In this document: positions 18,216-23,643 of the stretch, piece after piece
Layout: every line of letters starts with the position of its first letter
Numbering within the stretch: the first letter of the stretch is position 1
Origin: a virus
Lineage: Duplodnaviria > Caudoviricetes
Length of the DNA: 24,718 nucleotides
Direction: 5' to 3' (one strand)
Virus record (IMG/VR): IMGVR_UViG_3300036391_000003
Span: 1-24,718 of that record
Program-made: the position numbers and the translations under genes
The notes under the pieces: generated by a model
Told to the model about the DNA's origin: nothing
Databases searched by the model: none
What the model saw: the letters and a program-made list of their open reading frames with translations, nothing else

Positions 18216-18269
18216 AAAAATCCCGCGGGCAATCTTACCCGCGGGGTAGGGAGGCGCCGGGAAGGACCC
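18216..18269 (-). promoter_or_regulatory. Lambda-type cos site (cosQ + cosN); predicted 12-nt cohesive end GGTAAGATTGCC at 18239-18228
   Basis: Minus strand GGGTCCT (lambda cosQ sequence) + 23 nt ending in CG + 12 nt + CGCGGG, the same layout as lambda; dyad CCCGCGGGTAA-GA-TTGCCCGCGGG. Confidence 0.8.
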
Positions 18270-18293
18270 GTGAAACATTTCCGTGAAACATTC
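18268..18293. repeat. Tandem 13-bp repeat CCGTGAAACATT(T/C) x2
   Basis: 18268-18280 and 18281-18293, abutting cosQ. Confidence 0.85.
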
Positions 18294-18297
18294 CGGA

Positions 18298-18945
18298 TCA
18301 TCGGCGGAGGTAGCGACCCCGCCCTACCCGCGCAGCCATCGCCTTCCTGTCGAGGCCCTCGGTGACCACCCAGAGCTGATGCGCCAGTTCCGCCGGCAGC
18401 TCCGTCGCCACCTTGTTGAACTCCCGCTGCGTCCGGTCCTCCATGAAGGCCATCGGCACCATCACCCCGCCGACCGTCCCGAACCCTTCGCGCCGACGCT
18501 TGCCGGTGCCGTAGACGATGCGACCGCCAAATGTGCCGCGCCGCTTGGCCGCGTTCCCTGGCTGATTTGAGGGCGAACCCTTCTTTCCCTGGAATGCGAT
18601 CTTCAGCTTGGCGGCATCCTCGATCCAGCCGCGCGGCAAATAATCGATCTTGACGCCCGACCGGTCCTGTATGGTCGGGAACTCCTTCAGCGGGATCGAG
18701 CCGCGCGCAGCGATCTCGTAGCTGCTTGGACCGATCATCTTGCCTCGCATGCGCCGGCGCACGCCCCGCAACCGGATCCGCAGGATATCCCGCACCGCCC
18801 GCGTCATCAGGCCGAAGGCCCTTTCGCCCTTGCGCTTCACGGCTCGCCTGACCGCCATCGGTGCGCGCTTGCCGGCGGCGGCATAGAGGTTACCCAGCGC
18901 CGAGAAGTCCGAGCCATCGCAACGCAGGCGAACGGGCGCCACCAT
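18298..18945 (-). CDS. Basic protein, lambda gpZ / minor tail protein-like
   Basis: ATG 18945 with AGGAGG RBS; Arg/Lys-rich; KRAPMAVRRAVKRKG...IPLKEF...ELPAELAHQL resembles gpZ-like proteins. Confidence 0.55.
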   Translation of the reverse strand: MVAPVRLRCDGSDFSALGNLYAAAGKRAPMAVRRAVKRKGERAFGLMTRAVRDILRIRLRGVRRRMRGKMIGPSSYEIAARGSIPLKEFPTIQDRSGVKIDYLPRGWIEDAAKLKIAFQGKKGSPSNQPGNAAKRRGTFGGRIVYGTGKRRREGFGTVGGVMVPMAFMEDRTQREFNKVATELPAELAHQLWVVTEGLDRKAMAARVGRGRYLRR

Positions 18946-18968
18946 GATGCCGGCCTCCTGAAGGATGT

Positions 18969-19003
18969 GAAAAAGCCCGCTGCCCGTGTGGGGTCGCGGG
19001 CTC
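18969..19003 (-). terminator. Intrinsic terminator at end of late leader (tR'-like)
   Basis: Minus strand GAGCCCGC-GACCCCACACGGGCA-GCGGGCT followed by a T run (TTTTCA). Confidence 0.8.
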
Positions 19004-19071
19004 ATAGCTGCGCTGATGGCTGCCTGGGGGCAACGGGGAGATCGTGAGATACAAGCCGCCGAGGCGACGAT

Positions 19072-19083
19072 CAAACTACCGAT
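19072..19083 (-). promoter_or_regulatory. ops-like element (candidate loading site for NusG paralog)
   Basis: Minus strand ATCGGTAGTTTG vs RfaH ops consensus GGCGGTAGnnTG; positions 3-12 conform. Confidence 0.55.
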
Positions 19084-19097
19084 CCAACCTTGAAACC

Positions 19098-19129
19098 GTT
19101 ATGGCGCGATTCGCCCCTGTGGAGTCAAG
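19098..19129 (-). promoter_or_regulatory. Putative sigma70-type late promoter
   Basis: CTTGACT at 19129-19123, then 17 nt, then GCCATAAC (alphaproteobacterial-like -10); spacing somewhat long; two GANTC sites inside. Confidence 0.5.
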
Positions 19130-19130
19130 A

Positions 19131-19152
19131 ACGCGTGCAAGGATGCACGCAT
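19131..19152. repeat. Inverted repeat GCGTGCA-N4-TGCACGC (operator or terminator after NusG paralog)
   Basis: Perfect 7-bp arms at 19133-19139 and 19144-19150, directly upstream of the -35. Confidence 0.6.
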
Positions 19153-19172
19153 GCACATGTGGACGGCACGGA

Positions 19173-19781
19173 TCAGGCCGCCTCGATCTGCCCGATTTCG
19201 AGATGCACGACCGTCGCCCGCCCGAAGATGTCGACCAACACCTCGGCCTGGTCGCGGCCGAGCGCTGCGACCACCGTGGCCTGAAACGAAGCGAACGGCC
19301 CGTCGATCACCATGACGCGCTCGCCGGGGTTGAACGGGAAGTCGGGCTTGGGCGGTTCGGGCGCATTCTGGATCACAACCATTTGCTCGAAGGCCGAGCG
19401 CGGCATCTGCAGGAAGCCGCGCGGGGTCGAGATCACGCCGATCACGCCTTGCATCTCGCGGATATCGGCGACGGGCACGCCCTTCACGATCACAGTGCGA
19501 TGGCCGAAGGGCAGGTCGGCGACGAAGAGATAGCCCGGATACATCGGAGTGTCGTAGGCCGTTGTGCGGCCGCGCGAGGTCAGCTCGCGATGCAGCGTCG
19601 GCAACCAGACGGAACAGCCTGCCTCCTTCAGCCCCTCGCAAGCCCGCGCCTCGCCGCGCGGCGCGGTGATGACGATGAACCAGCCGCGCCCGGCATCTAT
19701 CGACGGCGGCGCCGGGTTTCGGGTCTCCCGATAGGAGCGGCCATGAGCGAAGCTGGCATTGTGCTCTTTGCGGCGGCCCAT
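19173..19781 (-). CDS. nusG: Phage-encoded NusG/RfaH-family transcription antiterminator (paralog, not the host core gene)
   Basis: NGN domain WFIVITAPRGE...PMYPGYLFV; KOW domain FNPGERVMVIDGPFASFQATV...VLVDIFGRATVV. Confidence 0.93.
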   Translation of the reverse strand: MGRRKEHNASFAHGRSYRETRNPAPPSIDAGRGWFIVITAPRGEARACEGLKEAGCSVWLPTLHRELTSRGRTTAYDTPMYPGYLFVADLPFGHRTVIVKGVPVADIREMQGVIGVISTPRGFLQMPRSAFEQMVVIQNAPEPPKPDFPFNPGERVMVIDGPFASFQATVVAALGRDQAEVLVDIFGRATVVHLEIGQIEAA

Positions 19782-21025
19782 CAGAATTTCACCTCGTCAT
19801 CACCGGCATCGGATCGCCCACCCGGCGGAGCCTCGCCCGGCAGGAACACGCGGAAATTCCCTTCAAAGACCGGGATGCGGGCGCCACGCTCGGCCAGCCA
19901 CGGCCGCCAAGCCTCGATTTCCGGTCCGCTGCAGACGAACGACTTGAGTTCGCCGATGCGTCTTGCCGCTGCGGCGAGGTCGCCGGCGGAGACCGACAGC
20001 GACTTGTGGGCCTCGGCCTGCTGCAAGGCGAAGCTGACTTTCTGGCGCTGACCCTCGGCGATGCGCAGCAGCAGGATCAACCACCACTCCTTCGACCAGC
20101 CCTTGACCTCGACGAAGGCGCTCGCCTGCTGCGCCGCGGCCCGCTCGGCGACCTGCCGGGGCACATGCTGCCAGTTCCGGCCGGAGAGGTATTTCGGCGC
20201 CGAGAGCCGGCTGGAGAAACCCGCCGCCTTCCGCTCGGCAAGGAAACCGGGAATGCCGTCGATCGCGGGCCAGCGCTCGGTGAACGGCAGCGCCTCCCAG
20301 GCTGCGATCACCTGCGCCTGATCGTCAGCCCCTGCATGCGGATAGGTTTGCCGGAATGCTGCGAGTGTTGCCGGACCTCGTGCCGAGGCCCCTGCATCCG
20401 CTGCATGCCCCGTTTCCGCAGGCTCGCCCTCGCTCGCTGGCCTGCCTGCCTGCGCTCGCGCACCCTCTCTCTCAACTGAGGGGTTATTGAGGGGTTCTAT
20501 ATGGGGGTGACTCAGCTTGTCACCCTTGGCTGTCTCCCATGTCACCCCGGGCCTGTCCAAGGGTGACCGTGTGTCACCCTTGGGAAGTGCCGAATCATCC
20601 GCTTCGCCGTCCTCGTTGCATGCGTCCCGCGCATGGCTTTCGGCTTCATCTCCATCTCCACCTTGGCGGGACAGCTCGTCGCGGTCGTCGATCGAGCGAT
20701 GCCCCGCCGCCGCCATCAGCGCCGGCCAGGTGTCCGTCCGACGCAGCAGCACGAGCAGCTCGATGTCCATCTCGTAGAGCGAGGGATTGTCCTGTCCCCG
20801 GCCGCCTTCCTTGACCAGCCGCAGCAAGCCGATGCGGCGGAACTCGCCGATGACGCGCTGGACATGGCGCTCGGAGCATTTGGCGGCCTTGGCGACCGTC
20901 CGGATCTTCGGGAAGATGTTCTTGCCGTCGTCGTCGCAGCAGTCGACGAGTTTCATCAGCACGAGCTGATGAGACTGCGTCGGCACCTCGGCATCCCAGG
21001 CGTGGTTGAAGAGCTTGAAGCTCAC
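19781..21025 (-). CDS. Putative replication initiator, N-terminal winged HTH
   Basis: GTG at 21025 overlaps upstream TGA; LVLMKLVDCCDDDGKNIFPKIRTVAKAAKCSERHVQRVIGEF HTH; internal iteron-like repeats. Confidence 0.8.
   Translation of the reverse strand: MSFKLFNHAWDAEVPTQSHQLVLMKLVDCCDDDGKNIFPKIRTVAKAAKCSERHVQRVIGEFRRIGLLRLVKEGGRGQDNPSLYEMDIELLVLLRRTDTWPALMAAAGHRSIDDRDELSRQGGDGDEAESHARDACNEDGEADDSALPKGDTRSPLDRPGVTWETAKGDKLSHPHIEPLNNPSVEREGARAQAGRPASEGEPAETGHAADAGASARGPATLAAFRQTYPHAGADDQAQVIAAWEALPFTERWPAIDGIPGFLAERKAAGFSSRLSAPKYLSGRNWQHVPRQVAERAAAQQASAFVEVKGWSKEWWLILLLRIAEGQRQKVSFALQQAEAHKSLSVSAGDLAAAARRIGELKSFVCSGPEIEAWRPWLAERGARIPVFEGNFRVFLPGEAPPGGRSDAGDDEVKF
20477..20583. repeat. Iteron cluster, probable replication origin inside the initiator gene
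   Basis: TGTCACCCTTGG at 20518-20529 and 20572-20583, TGTCACCC at 20540, TGTCTCCC at 20531, inverted copies at 20505-20511 and 20557-20567; adjacent TGAGGGGTT x2 in an AT-richer patch. Confidence 0.72.
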
Positions 21026-23643
21026 TCCGCAGCCTCCCGAACGATCTCCTGCACTTCGGGCAGGTCGAACAGGCCGGGCACGGAGAGCGCGCGTTCGGTC
21101 GCCTCCAGCACCCTGACGCCGTCGAGGAAGTAACCGGCGTTGAGCTCGGCGGCGCGACCGCGGCGGCCGAGCTTCAGCGCGCGCATGGGCACGGTGAAGA
21201 GCCCGCCGAAGGGGTCGTAGACCAGCTCGCCGCGCTCGCTGTAGCGCTCGATGCAGCGATCGACGATGTCGAACTGCAACGGGCAGACATGCTTCTCCCG
21301 GCCCTTCGCCGCCTGGGCCGTGTTGAGCGTCAGCATGCGGTTGATGTCGCACCAGACGTCGTCCCGGGTGGTGCCGGGCATCAGCGCCATGAAGGTCGAG
21401 GGCAGGGCGTGGCGGCCCTCCAGCGCCTCGCCGATACGGACATGGCTGGCGAAGTCGTAGACCTGCGCAGCGCTCTGCTCGCGGAACACCTTGGCCAGCA
21501 CGTCGGGCTTCAGCGCCGCCAGTTCCTGCGGCGTCAGCAGCCGATCGCCGGACGAGCGCCAGCGCGCATGCGCGTCGAGCTGCCATCGGGCGAGGCTGTA
21601 GTCCTCGATCCGCTTCTGCACCTTGTCGTCGGCATAGCCCTTGCCGCGGTCGCTCTGCATTTTGCGGAACAGCAGCACGAACTCCGGCGAGCCGACGCCC
21701 ATCCGCGTTCCGTCCTTGCGCATCTCGGTATAGCCGAGGCGATAGGTCTGGTTGTTCTCGCGGACGACGTCGGTGTCGATGTAGATCAGCCCGATATAGG
21801 CAAGCCCGTGCTTGGCGTAGTGGCCGATACACTTGGCATGGAAGGGATTGACCGTCGGAAAGCCGCAGCCGGTGACGTTGCCGAACAGGATCCTGTCCTT
21901 GACATGGATGCAGGCGAGGCGGCCGGGCTTGAGCACGCGGATCAGCTCCGGCGTCAGGAAATCCATCTGCCCGAAGAAGTGCTCATCATCGTCGGTGTGG
22001 CCGAAATCATTGTAGCTCGGCGTGTATTCATAGTGGTTGCTGAAGGGGATCGAAGTCACGATCAGATCGACCGAGTTCTCTTCCATGAGCTTCGTCTCGA
22101 CGACGCAGTCGTTGTTGGCAACCTGCCAGTCGTCGCCGCGCGCCTCTATGCGCTCGATGCCGATGGCGCGGGTCAGCTCGGCCGAGAAGTTGAGCGGGTC
22201 GAGCCCGTATTCCCGGATGATGTCGGACATGGTGGCGACGAGCCTTTCGTGCTCGGCCCATTTCGCCTGCAGGTCGCGCACGACCTCCCGTTCGCTCTCG
22301 GCGTGGATGATGTCGATTTCCACGGCGTGCGTCTGGAGGAAGCGCAGGATGCGGTGAACGGCCTGAATGAAGTCGTTGAACTTGTGGCTGACGCCGACGA
22401 AGGCGGCCCTGTGGCAATGGCGCTGGAAGTTGCAGCCCGATCCGGCGATCACCGGCTTGGCCGCCAGGTGCCGGAATTTCCCGTCGGAGAAGTCGATGAT
22501 CGTCTGCTCGCGCAGGTCGAGGTCCTGCGTCCCGTAGACCGAGCGCACGCCGGGCACGGCCGCCTCGATCGCCAGACGCTCGGCCTCGAGGTCGTGCCAC
22601 AGGATCCGGTGCGCCTCCGGCTCGGTGGCGATGATCTCGCAGAGCTTCGCCATGCGCGCCGGCAGCGTGTCGCGGCGCTCCTTCGCCTCCTGCATCAGGC
22701 CGCGCGCGCCATCGCGGAACAGGATGCCCTGGCCGTCGCGATCCTCCCCGGCGTTGGCGAGGTCGGTCTTGACCTCGTGCCAGCGCACGGTCACCGGCGG
22801 CAGGTCATAGCCCTCGTCGGAAAAGCCGAGATCGGACGGCCGCTGCACGAAGCAGGCCCAGCTGTTCACCCAGAGCCAGAACTCGCGCTCTTTATGCGGA
22901 TAGAGCGTCAGGTTGCCGGCCTCGGAACTGTCGCGCTGGAAGAACCGCGTCAGCGATTGGCCGGTGTCCATCACGCCGAGGAAGCCGGCATAGTGGATCA
23001 GCTCCTTCGTCCGGTTCGGCGAGGGCGTGGCGGTGGCGACGAAGCGCCAGCGCACGGCCGTGAACAGCGACAGGAAGGTCTGGAAGGTCTTGCTGCCGTA
23101 GCTGCGCAGTACGCTCGCCTCGTCGAGGCTGGCGACGCTGAAGCGGCCGGGGTCGAGCTTGCCGTCCCGCACGCTCTCGTAGTTCGTCAGGTAGATGCCG
23201 GACCCATCGATCTCGTCGTTGCGCCGCAGGAACTGCAGCGACATCGCGCCGTCGGGATGGTCGACGAGCCAGGCCGCCAGTTCCGCCCGCTGCGCGTCGG
23301 TCATCCGGGGATGGTCGCCGGTCGCCAGCACATGGGCGTCGCGCTTGAACTCCTGCCGGACGCCGAGCGGCAGCACGATCAGTGCCCGCGCCGGAGCGCC
23401 GCCCTGCCGGGCGAGGCAGGCGAGCACGAGCCGCATCACCTCGAGCTGGATGAAGGTCTTGCCGAGGCCGAAGGCGCAGAAGATTGCCCGCACACCACCG
23501 CGCACGGCCCAGCGCACGATCGCGCGCTGGTGCGGCAGCAGGAGCGGATTGATCTCGGAATCGGCGATCTCGAAGCCGATCGCCGGCGCCATCCGCACCT
23601 TGGATTCGAGGAAGGCGCGATAGGGATCGAGATGAACAGTCAT
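21022..23643 (-). CDS. SNF2-family helicase fused to N4/N6 DNA methyltransferase
   Basis: GLGKT, LDEAS, TATPSPN, GSGCNFQ, QAVHRILRF; then TSIPF (motif IV-like) before DPFGG (motif I); start ATG 23643 overlaps upstream TGA. Confidence 0.92.
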   Translation of the reverse strand: MTVHLDPYRAFLESKVRMAPAIGFEIADSEINPLLLPHQRAIVRWAVRGGVRAIFCAFGLGKTFIQLEVMRLVLACLARQGGAPARALIVLPLGVRQEFKRDAHVLATGDHPRMTDAQRAELAAWLVDHPDGAMSLQFLRRNDEIDGSGIYLTNYESVRDGKLDPGRFSVASLDEASVLRSYGSKTFQTFLSLFTAVRWRFVATATPSPNRTKELIHYAGFLGVMDTGQSLTRFFQRDSSEAGNLTLYPHKEREFWLWVNSWACFVQRPSDLGFSDEGYDLPPVTVRWHEVKTDLANAGEDRDGQGILFRDGARGLMQEAKERRDTLPARMAKLCEIIATEPEAHRILWHDLEAERLAIEAAVPGVRSVYGTQDLDLREQTIIDFSDGKFRHLAAKPVIAGSGCNFQRHCHRAAFVGVSHKFNDFIQAVHRILRFLQTHAVEIDIIHAESEREVVRDLQAKWAEHERLVATMSDIIREYGLDPLNFSAELTRAIGIERIEARGDDWQVANNDCVVETKLMEENSVDLIVTSIPFSNHYEYTPSYNDFGHTDDDEHFFGQMDFLTPELIRVLKPGRLACIHVKDRILFGNVTGCGFPTVNPFHAKCIGHYAKHGLAYIGLIYIDTDVVRENNQTYRLGYTEMRKDGTRMGVGSPEFVLLFRKMQSDRGKGYADDKVQKRIEDYSLARWQLDAHARWRSSGDRLLTPQELAALKPDVLAKVFREQSAAQVYDFASHVRIGEALEGRHALPSTFMALMPGTTRDDVWCDINRMLTLNTAQAAKGREKHVCPLQFDIVDRCIERYSERGELVYDPFGGLFTVPMRALKLGRRGRAAELNAGYFLDGVRVLEATERALSVPGLFDLPEVQEIVREAAE

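Noticed and set aside
18946-19074. N-terminal extension of the 258-aa ORF call
   Set aside because: Runs through the leader and terminator; ATG 18945 has an AGGAGG RBS
21026-21832. N-terminal extension of the 683-aa ORF call (19781-21832)
   Set aside because: Overlaps the methyltransferase domain in another frame; GTG at 21025 with a GTGA overlap gives the HTH-first protein
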